Shown here: positions 25,073 to 34,634 of the stretch, piece after piece
Layout: each line of letters starts with the position of its first letter
How positions within the stretch are numbered: the stretch's first letter is position 1
Assembly (NCBI GenBank): GCA_003971905.1
Contig: RSEE01000040.1
Location: 558,001 to 592,739, forward strand
Origin: Moniliella sp. 'wahieum'
Taxonomy: Eukaryota
Length of the DNA stretch: 34,739 bases
Direction: 5' to 3'
The notes under the pieces: model-generated
Databases searched by the model: none
What the model was told of the DNA's origin: nothing
The model's input: the letters and a program-made list of their open reading frames with translations, nothing else
Position numbers and translations under genes: made by a program

Positions 25073-26111
25073 TTAGTTCTCCATGGGGAAGTAAACTTCC
25101 TTGTCGTCGGCATTTTGAACCATGTATGCCGTCCCTGCCTCCTCGAGTTCCGTGAGGATATTGCTGTATTTCGGTAAGGTCAGGTGCCTGCTCAGTCAAG
25201 CAAGGGCGAGAAATATGGAAAGGGAGAAGAGAACATACCTAATCTCATCCATGCCCATGGTGGACACCCCGTTTCTGAATCTGGGTAGCCACACACCCCC
25301 TGGGTTCTCCTTGATCAGCTCCTGCAGGGCAGTGGAAACGCGCGTGGTCGGGGTAGAGGTATGAGCGGAGGTCGACAGTCCGACTTCGCCCATGGGCTCG
25401 TCACTGTTTTTGCGGAGGTAAAGGTGGGCCCAAATGGCCTGAAGGTTGTGAAAGACAATTTCGTTGGGGTCGGTGACCTTGTGTACGGTGGTGGCGGAGA
25501 TGGTGGTGGTGCCTTGGAACTGCTTGACCACCCCACGAACCCGGGCATACTCGTTCTGCTCTACCGGAATTGGGTTGGATTCGTTGCTCCATAGTTTGCA
25601 CTCAATCGAACCCGTACCATCGTCAATGACAAATGAACTGAACAGTTCGCCGCCCTTGGCCTCGGCAACTCGACCGACGAACGTCACCTGGAAGGAGAAA
25701 CGAAGGATATAATCAGTATGGAAGCAAGGCGAGGGGCAGTAAGCATATCAGCTCAGCATACATTTTTGACCTCTTTGTCGTCGATGATCATGGGCATGTC
25801 AACGCTGCTGGTCTCGACGTGGGTTAGTTGGCGGATGGTGACAGGACGGAGACCAAGCTCATTGTCCTAGAGGCCAGATGGGGGGGCGTGTCAGTAAGAG
25901 CGCACTGAGTTGTGGGAACCAGAGGGAACAAACCTTGCGCCGGTCCGGGCCGGCATCGCCACCACCCATGCCGCTGCCCTCAAAGTAGCCGCCGCCTTGG
26001 GTTCCGCTCATGTCGACTGCAGCAGGTGAGACGAAGAAGGTCAGCATGGCCTTCCCGCACTGGGGGGGAGGGGTAGCAGGGGCAGAGAAAGGCGCAACAC
26101 GCACAGTTCAT
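25073..26111 (-). CDS. RFA2: Replication protein A 32-kDa subunit; introns 26017-26104, 25867-25933, 25688-25761, 25164-25238
   Basis: Spliced product MNFDMSGTQGGGYF...LRPVTIRQL...IDDKEVKNVTFVGRV...IDDGTGSIECKLW...YARVRGVVKQFQG...VTDPNEIVFHNLQAIWAHL plus a short winged-helix-like tail. All four introns are GT-AG with CTGAY branch sites. Confidence 0.92.
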
Positions 26112-26217
26112 TGCTGAGATGGGGCTGGGAGAAGCGAGCTGAGCGGGGCTGTGGGAAGTTGATGTGGATGGAGCAGGACGATGGAATGCGGCCGCCGCTC
26201 GTTTCTGTCGGCCCAAC

Positions 26218-26280
26218 ACGCGTGGGCGAGGCGCGCGTCGCTTGACGTGACGCGGCCGGACGCGGCGGAAAGCCGCGCGC
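26218..26280. promoter_or_regulatory. MCB-like (ACGCGT/CGCG) cluster upstream of RFA2
   Basis: ACGCGT at 26218-26223 plus further GCGCGT, ACGCG and CGCGCG sites ~110-170 bp upstream of a DNA-replication gene. Confidence 0.5.
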
Positions 26281-26970
26281 CGACTGGACAAATTCCGCTC
26301 CGCACCCCCCGCCTTCCCAATTTATAGCCTGTCTGCGCCTTGCCAAGAACATGCCTTCAAGAGCAGCAATCTGCAGCAACCTCCCGTCGCTTGTGCTCTT
26401 CGATTCTTCGGGATGGCCTGGCGTCTTTTCCACGGCAGCGCTTCGCATCGTGTTGCTGCTTCCGACCCCTGCCAATCCAGACCGTGTTGGGCAAATCAAA
26501 TCCAGTCGTACATTTCGGCGCCGTAGGACTTTGCGCAATACTGAGGGGCTACTATGTGGGTCATAGTAGACAGGCTGCGGTACGGAGCAGCCGATGCCAG
26601 GGAATACCCGCTATCAGCTCAACACCAGATGGGGTTAGCCCATGTCAGGTCTCCTTCCGGGCCTGCCCCAGCAGTTGCCCACAAGCCCCTCTCTCTCTGC
26701 GTACGCCCGCCCAATCTGCCTCCCAACGGCGCCGCCGCCAGCAGCAGCAGCACTGAAATGACTAGCTCTGCCGCACTCCCAGCAGCCGAGAGACCATGGT
26801 AGCGCGGTTGCATTGACCACTCCATGAATGCGCTCTCCTATCACGGCATTACTAAACAGACTGTTGTCCAATGTCACCGACTACTAACCCCAAGAATGCG
26901 CATGTCGATGTGGATGGGCAGTGCGTCGCACGCGAATAGGTCGCAGGGCGTCGGCAGGACACGCACCGGC

Positions 26971-27414
26971 TTAGTTGCGTGTGCGCTGGGCACAAAACCA
27001 GAAACGAAAGGATCAGTACCTCAACTCACAGAAGCGTAATGAACGTCTCAGTCTTTGGGGGAAGAGCAAGAAATCGTACCTGCTTGTGTCGGGGGTGGGC
27101 CTTGCAAATGATAAATGTCTTCCCCCGCCGCCGCACCACCTGACACGAGCTGCACCGCTTCTCAAGCGAAGTGCGGACCTTCATACCGCGCTCAGTCGCT
27201 GGCATGACGGGACCGTGAGCGTGGACGTGAGCGTGGACGGGGGCTGGGTAGCAAGAGGAGTGGCGAGGGCGCGTGGATGCGGGTCGAGGCTCGCAAAGCC
27301 CGGGAGCCGGTGCGGCGCGGAGCGTGTGCACGCTGCGCAGCGCCACAGAAGACGCCGACGGAGCGTGGGCGTGCACAACAGGGCGGATAAGCGAACGGAG
27401 GGAGCGCCCAGCAT
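26971..27414 (-). CDS. RTC6: Mitochondrial ribosomal protein bL36m; intron 26986-27079
   Basis: Presequence-like N-terminus, then [41 protein letters not shown] with the CxxC...CxxxxxH zinc ligands. Confidence 0.9.
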
Positions 27415-27816
27415 CGCTGTCAGATTTAACGTCGTCGTCGTCGTTGTGGGCAACTCCGCAGTGGTTAGGTTGCTGGGAGAACAACGATGCGCTGGCAGAT
27501 TACGTATGCGGGGCCGATTCGCGGCCATGCACCATGTTCCTCCAGCTTTCGAATTGTAAAATGTTCATTTTACGTGTGGGGGCGGGCACGGGGGCCGTGT
27601 TGGGGCGATAAGGGAGAGAGGGTTGGTTATAGGTTCCTCGCCTCCTCTGGCCTCCCCTGGCCTGTCCTGCCCTCTCTTCGGCATGTCGTCGCGACTACGC
27701 CGACCAGAGGAAAGCGAAAAGTATGTCTGCATGTACCAAAGCGACGTGGACGGCAGGAGAAGCAAGTAACCTGCCCCCCCCCGATACACCATCTCCTCCA
27801 GCTGCACCAATTATGA

Positions 27817-28427
27817 ATCCTAAGGCACGCCGTGGGCCGCGCCGCGTACCAGGTCCGCCTCCCCGACTACCTACACCTCCATGACGTGTTCCATGTGTCC
27901 CGCTTGCGAGCCTACACCCCTGGTGACGTGGTCCCTGCCCGCTTGATCGAGCCCCCGCCCTCCTCTCCCCGAGTTTGCTGATGATGGTGCGGTTCATCAC
28001 GAGGTCGAGCATGTCCTCGACTCTCGCCGCAAGGGTCGTGGAGGCCGCATTGAGTACTTTGTTCACTTCCGGGGCTATCCTGTCCACGAGAGGGAGTGGG
28101 TACCCGCTGCGGACATGTCTCATGACGCCGAGCCAGTGGTTCGTTTCCACGCCCTCTACCCCGATAAGCCTGTCTCCCATGCCCGCCGACTCGCCCTCTC
28201 TCGCCTTCGTCGCCGCCCGGGAGATGAGGTCTGAAAGGGGGCAATGTCATAGTTTGGCTGATCTCGCTCCCATTTCCAATTTCTTCGTCTCGAGCGTCTC
28301 GCTCCTTCCCTGTTCCTTCCACTTCGCACCATGTCCTCTGTTCTTGCTTCTTCCCCACGAACGATTGCTACAACCCCCTTGGCCTAGTCCGATCCTGGTC
28401 TCCCTCGCCTTAGCCCCGACTGTGACA
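27817..28427 (+). mobile_element. 5'-truncated Ty3/gypsy chromovirus: integrase C-terminus, chromodomain, PPT and 3' LTR
   Basis: VGRAAYQVRLPDYLHLHDVFHVSRLRAY, then (frameshift) EVEHVLDSRRKGRGGRIEYFVHFRGYPVHEREWVPAADM...FHALYPDKP, stop 28232-28234, PPT GAAAGGGGG, LTR from 28245. Confidence 0.9.
28245..28427 (+). repeat. 183-bp 3' LTR of the chromovirus
   Basis: Termini TGTCATAGT...ACTGTGACA (8/9 inverted match), 3 bp after the PPT. Confidence 0.8.
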
Positions 28428-29227
28428 ATGTCCCACACGTTCTCTCTCCCCGCGGCTCCCAGCACGGCGTCGCGCCACCACCCGGCCCCCGTGGCGCGTT
28501 TTTGTGGCTGCAATGCTTTCGCCGGCGCTGCTTATGCCCTTGTCTGGACTAGCGGTGGTACTCGTAGCTTCTCCAGCCCCATAGTGTTTTGATTGCGCCG
28601 TCGAAGGGTACCGGCATCGGCAAGCGAAACAATGTAACGTTAATGGCATGGTGTAAAGCAACGGTGCTGGGCTTGTCTTGACGGGTCTCAACTTTTACAA
28701 CCCAGCCAACAACTCCTTCACTTACCGCCAATCTGCTGGGATCACCTATACAGCTTTTTCCCGACGACAGCTTTTTCGAGGAGGCAATATGCCACAGTAC
28801 AACATCAATGGTAGCAACATAATGTGCTTGTTGACATAGATGATCTGGCAGCACGGACTCTACACTATCAACAATTCCAACCGGATCACTCTCTCTCCCT
28901 TCTCGGCGTACGGGGCATTGCTGCAAGCATCGCGATGCAACAGTTCCTCGGAACAAGCGCAATGGTATGGCCAAGAGAAGCACCTCAACGACTTCCAGAT
29001 CGCGATCGCGATACTCATTACGATGAGACAGCCTACTACTTTCAACTCTGCAACTGGGATGGGTCCCTCAAGCTGTTCATGTGGCACCCTTTCAATCCAC
29101 CTCAAATGTTACCGGCCGAAGCGCTTAAACAAGCTGTACGTCCCTTATTTCGCTCAGTTTTTCCCTGAAGCACATATACTGAATCGTACTGCTTCTATAG
29201 GCTAACGACGCTAATGGTGGTAGTTAA
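28428..29227 (+). pseudogene. ROT1: ROT1 (ER protein-folding chaperone) pseudogene retaining an intron (29136-29200)
   Basis: Signal-peptide-like stretch, NNVT, *SNGAGLVLTGLNFYNPANNSF, DDSFFEEA, IWQHGLYTIN, YFQLCNWDGS, FNPPQMLPAEAL match the Rot1 motif order (GTWSS..V.TG..FY.P / DG..EEA / QHG.Y / LQLY..DG / PP.MLP). In-frame stops TAA 28654 (conserved Trp position) and TAG 28837. Confidence 0.85.
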
Positions 29228-29615
29228 GTGAGTTTATCAGGTCTCCCACACACCGACAACTGGCTGTGTCTGCACTTCCATCGCCTCACGTTGGGACCTT
29301 CCTGTGGTCTTTTTCTTCCCCACCTCATCAGTGTTCTGCAATGCCATCCACTTATGCCATCCACTTCTCCTTTCTGTCTTCTTGTCATGAGTGCAACTGG
29401 TACCTTACCGCTGGGGCAAAACTCCCCATCCGCCCCCCCACCCCACCCAATGGTTGGCTTGTTTATATATTCACAATATATCCATACGGAGTCATCATTC
29501 CTGTTCCCCTCTGTTTCTCGCCATTGTGGTAGCTCTCTTTCCAAAGGCTCGTCAAATAACCCTCGTGGGTACAGTGGGTCCAGCAGATATAGACCAATAG
29601 AAATTGAAAACAAGA

Positions 29616-29664
29616 TCGGCTCGACAGTGTTTCCCAGTCGGCTCGACAGTGTTTCCCAGTCGGC
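29616..29664. repeat. Perfect 22-bp tandem duplication
   Basis: TCGGCTCGACAGTGTTTCCCAG x2 followed by TCGGC. Confidence 0.9.
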
Positions 29665-30068
29665 GAAAAGAAGGGAGGCGGGAGTGGGCGCGCTTGTCGA
29701 GCCTTGCTCAACTGCACACGCGATCGACGACATGGGCTGGTACTCAGAGGCTGACTCACGGCAATCCATTATGGTGAGTAGTCCTAATGGATCTTTGTCC
29801 TCCCAACCTGTCCCACCGTTTTGAAAGGGGGGGCAATCAGCCGGGGAAGTTTACGTTGAGCACGGGAAGTCCCGTTGAACGCGACCGACGCACGCCATCA
29901 ACGAGTGTCAGCACTTATAGGGCGAACTTGGAAGTAGCCACCCTCTCCTTGGGGCTGCATCGTGTGTACGTGGCAAGCCCAGTAACATGGCGCAGGGACC
30001 AGGGGTTTCCATCCAAGCGGCACATGATGCACTTGTACATAATGTTACTCGGTGTATTCAACGCTCTC

Positions 30069-30936
30069 TGTCACGGGCGGGCGCCGCCAGGGGCCCGCCC
30101 TGGGGTTTTTGGGGTACAATCCCTTAGGCGACGGTAGGTCGACTCACGGTAGTTTCGGGCTTAGGCTGGTTGGTGTGTCCGAGCGGAGCTAGGGACGAGG
30201 AGAGGCCTTTGGTGGGGCGGCTGCACGTGTGGCAAGGCTGCGTCTGCACCGGCTTGGGCCGTAGTAACGTGTCTGAAGCCTCCGGGACTTAGGGACGGGA
30301 GGAGGCAGCGGCGGACAAACACTGCCTTAACTGAGACTGGGAATCGCCGCGCGAGGAGGGCTCGCGCGATTGGACTGACGAAGGCTGGAGGACGAGGTCG
30401 GAGGAGAAGTCGGACGCTAACAAGAAGAGCTGCCTGTACTGGATCAATTGGCTGGAAACGGGCAGGAGTCGGACAGGATGGGCGGGAAAGGGACGAAGGT
30501 GGAGACGAGAGATGACGAGAGGATGACGAGAGGATGACGAGAGGATGACGAGAATGGAAGGTGGGGGAAAAGATCCCCATCAACCAGGGTACAGGCAGGA
30601 TCAAAAGGGAAACGGATACAAGGGGGTGTAGAAAGGAAGACATGTCAAAAGCGGGTTGGTCGCCGCAGGCGCGACAGAGAAAGGAACGGAAACGGGGACG
30701 GGACGGCAGATGCCGCCACGGCACTGGAAGCTCGGTGGCCTTATTTAGGCCGGCCGACTTGGACTTGGGCGGGGGGCTACTTGTCGCGCGGAGCATGGCC
30801 CTTCGGCCACGATACTTGATTTAGCCAACCATCATCACACTTGGTTGGCCTGCGGAGCACGCTCTACTGGGCATGTGCGGAGCAGGCGGGCCTTAGCTTG
30901 GGTCGGACCATCTCGTGTCCGCCGCAGCCCGTGACA
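30069..30936 (-). mobile_element. Solo LTR (868 bp) with 5-bp target-site duplication
   Basis: Perfect 10-bp terminal inverted repeats TGTCACGGGC...GCCCGTGACA, flanked by CTCTC at 30064-30068 and 30937-30941. Orientation inferred from TAAATA at ~30745 followed by a pyrimidine-rich tract on the minus strand. Confidence 0.92.
30511..30553. repeat. 11-bp tandem repeat (x4) inside the solo LTR
   Basis: GATGACGAGAG units. Confidence 0.9.
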
Positions 30937-31397
30937 CTCTCCTCTGAAGCGGAACGCAACTCGACAGGTGGAAGTGTCGGCATGACGGGGGTTTGTGGGA
31001 GCCTCTGGCAAGCAACCACTGGATGCCAGAACTACTAAACCAAGCATTTGTTTCCTGAGCATACGAAAAGCTGTTGATGCAATGAGCACTCAATCTGAGT
31101 CTGGACGCTGACCTGCCCCTTGGGGGCTGGCAGGCTGGCTCCAATAATCTCGCTGGTTGGGTCACCCCGCGCGGTCCCCGTCATCGAATACCCCTGGCTA
31201 GCTTTAAGCTTAAAGGCCCAATCCAAATCATCCCATCCGCTCCGGAGCCCCACATAGCCCGCGGACCTGTCTCGAAGGATTAATGACACTTGTCAAATAG
31301 ACTGCGCACGCGTCGCGTCGTGTCCTGTCGTGTCTCCTGGAAGAGGTTGGACCATCCCGCACCATCATACGTCACACATCACACGTCGGGTAGCCAC

Positions 31398-31880
31398 TGA
31401 TGCGTGACGCGTGATTAGTGACTCAGGTCTCGATCTCATGCATCTCATGCATTACCGGTTACCGCATACCCAGGTGCTCAGGCATTCAAGACGATCAACG
31501 TTCTCAAGCTAGCTTCAAGCTGGGTCTCAGCACATCAGGGGCTCAGATCCTCAGATCTCAGATGCAGGCTACATAACCTCAGGCCTCAATATTATGTACT
31601 CCACGTGCCCTCATCGACTCATCCTCGTCTTAGTATTTCACAGGCCGTCGCAGATCGCAGCTCGACTGTTACAGCCACCAGGTTTGAACATTTGGACGGA
31701 ATATGCACTGCTTTACGGTGGCGTGCATTCTGAATCGTATGTGAATTGCGCATGGAACATGCACGTTGGACCCCACTCGACTCAGTACTCTGTGTACTCA
31801 GTCTCAACTCAGTCACGTACTCAGTTACCTGGTGTACATAGAGCCCCCCTCAGCCTCATCGCCTCAGCGCCTCAGCGTCA
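31398..31880. repeat. 7-bp TCA/TGA + palindromic-spacer island 4
   Basis: TGA at 31398, 31405, 31412, 31419 (spacers TGCG, CGCG, TTAG); GATC-TCA-TGCA; AGCT-TCA-AGCT; TCA-GATC-TCA; TCA-GGCC-TCA-ATAT at 31579-31592; TCA-GTAC; dense CTCAG. Confidence 0.8.
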
Positions 31881-32270
31881 TCCGCCTGTCTTCGTTTCTC
31901 CACCTCTGAATCTGCTTTGTTTCGCCTGCCGCGCCTGTTTTCGCCCTGTGCTGTACACAAATCCGAGTGGAACACCTACCTCCGCCCAGCGCCCACAGCG
32001 CCCACGGTCACCATCGGCCCAAGGCCCTCATCTCATCCCACGCTACGCGCCCTCGTCCACAGCACACCCGAGACCACGCGTCCTATTCCTTGCCGTAGGC
32101 CGTAGAGAGCAAGCACCTCCATATGAATGTGAACGTGTGAACCTTCGTCCAATCATCGACACCATGGCGCACAACCGTAATCGACGTAATAATCACACAA
32201 TCTTAATCTTAAAGCTTAATCACCGCTCAGTGCTCCGCCTGTTGAGCTCCGCAACTCTGTCCACACTTTG

Positions 32271-32833
32271 TGAAGCTTGACGCCGTACACTCACCGGTCC
32301 GGCCGGTACTCCCATGTCCCAAGATCCCAGGATCCCAAGAGCTAATCGTGTGTCAGCATGTCAGATCGCCGGTCTGACGAACATCTGATCGCTCTTGGAG
32401 TGCACTTAGCGCACATGGCACTACTCGTCTCAGATCTCAGGCGAGCCTCAGGCCCCAGTTGAGGCTGCAGGCATCAGGAGGTCTAGTACGTTCAGCACGT
32501 TCAGCGTCCAATGCGCCCAGTCCTCCATCTTGAAGCTTGAGGCTTGAGGCCTGAGGCCTGAGGCCTTGAGGCTTGAGTACTGAGTCCTACTCAGTACTCA
32601 CTACTCGGTACTCTCTTCTCTCACATGCTCACGTCTCAGAATCCCAGACCTGAGTATTGAGTTAAGCATCAAGACCTGGGTCTGAGCGCCGGAGCGCCCG
32701 GCGTTCGCTGAGCCCTCGCTCAAATTGTTCACAATCAACGTTCTATCATCGGTGGATCATCGATCACACATCTCGTCCATCATCGATCACCAACATGCTC
32801 GGGAGCATGCGATCCCAACCAGTCACTAGTCAC
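32271..32833. repeat. 7-bp TCA/TGA + palindromic-spacer island 5
   Basis: TGA-AGCT-TGA 32271; TCA-GATC-TCA 32430; mixed array TGA-AGCT-TGA-GGCT-TGA-GGCC-TGA-GGCC-TGA-GGCC-(T)TGA-GGCT-TGA-GTAC-TGA 32531-32583; TCA-GTAC-TCA 32591; TCA-TCGA-TCA 32757 and 32780; TCA-CTAG-TCA 32823. Confidence 0.85.
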
Positions 32834-33659
32834 ACCGCCTCTTTCCACGAAGCGCCAAGGGGGAGTAGTACTACGTGCGATCTGATGCTATGGGGACAGG
32901 CGGGACAAGTGCGCGTCACGCAGGCAGCTTCATGCTTCGGCACGTCATAGCGCTGGGGCTAGCGCCGGGAAGCGTGGCCCGGAGCCAGAGCCAGAGCCAG
33001 GGCGAGAGCGGGAGCGGTGCGGGAGCGGGCGCGGAAACGGGTGCGGAAAGAGGGAGGGGAAGGGAGAAGGGAGAGGATGGGGGGTAGGGGAGGGGGGGAG
33101 AAGCAACAGCACAGAGCGTCGGCCCCAACACCTCAAGAGGCCAGCATGAGCACGACCTCATGCCAGACGCGTTCTTCGTTTTTTTCTTGTCGCGGAGGTA
33201 GGTAGGGGTGCAGGCACGGCTTGGCCCTCGACCTCGCCCGGCCCGAGGCTCTCCGGCCGACAAAAGAGTACAGTAAGGGTGAACAAGCTTAGCTTAACAG
33301 AGGAGAGCGCAACAGAGAGGCAGGGGCAACGGGGACGGGATAGGATAAGAGGGGATGAAGGTGGGAAGGGGGGCTGTGTGCAGAGTAAAGCACAGATCCC
33401 CAACAACCGGACACAAAGGTGCAAGAACAGAGATTATCGAAGGACAACGTTGCGTTGCAGTCAGGACAACGACAGCGCGGATTCGGGTGCGGGCTTGCGA
33501 AGCTCCGGTACGGGCGAGCGCGAGAGGCGAGAGGGGTGGGAGAGGACCGGACCGGCGCGACGGCGGTGCGGGGGAACGATGGAAGGAGGCCGACAGAACG
33601 AAAATGAATCAGGAAGGACAGGAATTGGGCACGCAGCACCACCACTGCATCCCGGCACT

Positions 33660-34634
33660 TTACTGCAGCCCAGAAGGCGGCAACGGCGCACCCATCGCGT
33701 GCGGAGGCAAGCCATGTGCTGGCGGCTGGCCTGGGACAAAGTGCATGCCCGGTTCGGGGGCACGAGCAGGAGGCACGGGAGCGTGTGCATCCATTTCCGG
33801 CACATCACCCACATATTTTTCAATCACCTTGCACAGCGCGTGCTCCAGCACCTTCCACGAGAAGGTCTTCACGTCCTTGGCGATGGTGCGGGGCTTGGGG
33901 TCCTTGAAGTTCATGATGCGTTTGAAAAAGTCCTCTGACCCACCCGAGTGCTTGCGCACCGTCTCGGGGTGGAAGCCCTCCAGGTTACGCGCGAATGCGG
34001 TTCTTCTCCTCAATCGAGAAGCGGCTGGCGACGAGGGCCTCGAGCAAAAGGATGGTGTCGACAGAGGTGATGTAGCACTCATTGCGGTCGGCACGGAAGA
34101 TGCACGAGACGACAATCGAGTTCTTCACATATTGGTCCAACAAGATGGGGCGGAAGGTGGCGTGGATGGTGGTGCCTTCTTGTTTGCGCCAAATTGGACC
34201 AAGCGACGGCCCTCTTGCAACTCATCCCGGCCCATCCGTAAGCCATTGATCCCAAATCACCCTGCAACTTGAGTTGCGGCCCGGGGACGGTTGGAGAGAT
34301 TGGTCATGAAACTGTTGTCGTTCGGGTTGCTCGATTGAGGCGCGCGCACAAGCGCAGGCGCATTCATGTTGGGCGGCACGCCGTTCATCATCATCGGCTG
34401 CGAAGTGCGGTGGACCATGGCCCGACTGGGAGAGCCAGGCCGGCCGGCGCGTGCTCAGAGTATCGGCCACGCATGTAAGGGTTGGCCGGGTCCCAACCCA
34501 ACTCGCGGCGACCGCCGCTTTGAGTCCGCACGGGTCCATACTGTGACTCTAGCTTGGCCTGCGGTGGCATATTCCACAGGTCGGGCGACGAGGTAGGGGT
34601 GCCGTTGGGACGCATGTGCGCTGCCGTCTTGGAA
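33660..34634 (-). CDS. medA: MedA/Medusa (Med1) developmental regulator, 3' exon; gene continues past the right edge (intron from 34635)
   Basis: GDLGSMAYGW...GRRLVQF...IVVSCIF...ECYITSVDTIFLLEALV..RFSIEEKNRIR.NLEGFHPETVRK...FFKRIMNFKDPKPRTIAKDVKTFSWKVLEHALCKVIEKY matches the conserved MedA C-terminal domain. Acceptor CTGAC...TTTGCAG at 34635. Confidence 0.88.

Noticed and set aside
29822..29840. TGAAAGGGGGGGCAAT resembling the gypsy PPT at 28232
   Set aside because: Not followed by a TG LTR start and no integrase or chromodomain remnant upstream.
31594..32280. 228-aa + strand ORF in the lattice region (also 1200-2006)
   Set aside because: No recognisable domain; composition reflects the repeats rather than coding bias.
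32531..32611. Repeat-spacer arrays as CRISPR-like or synthetic polylinker sequence (many 6-cutter sites)
   Set aside because: Units are only 7 bp, there are no cas or vector sequences, and the pattern is dispersed and degenerate. The restriction-site look follows from A-palindrome-T.
3020..34634. Mating-type locus (MAPKK, medA, TEs, pseudogene)
   Set aside because: No pheromone, receptor or homeodomain genes seen, and the MAPKK is Mkk1-type rather than Ste7/Fuz7-type.
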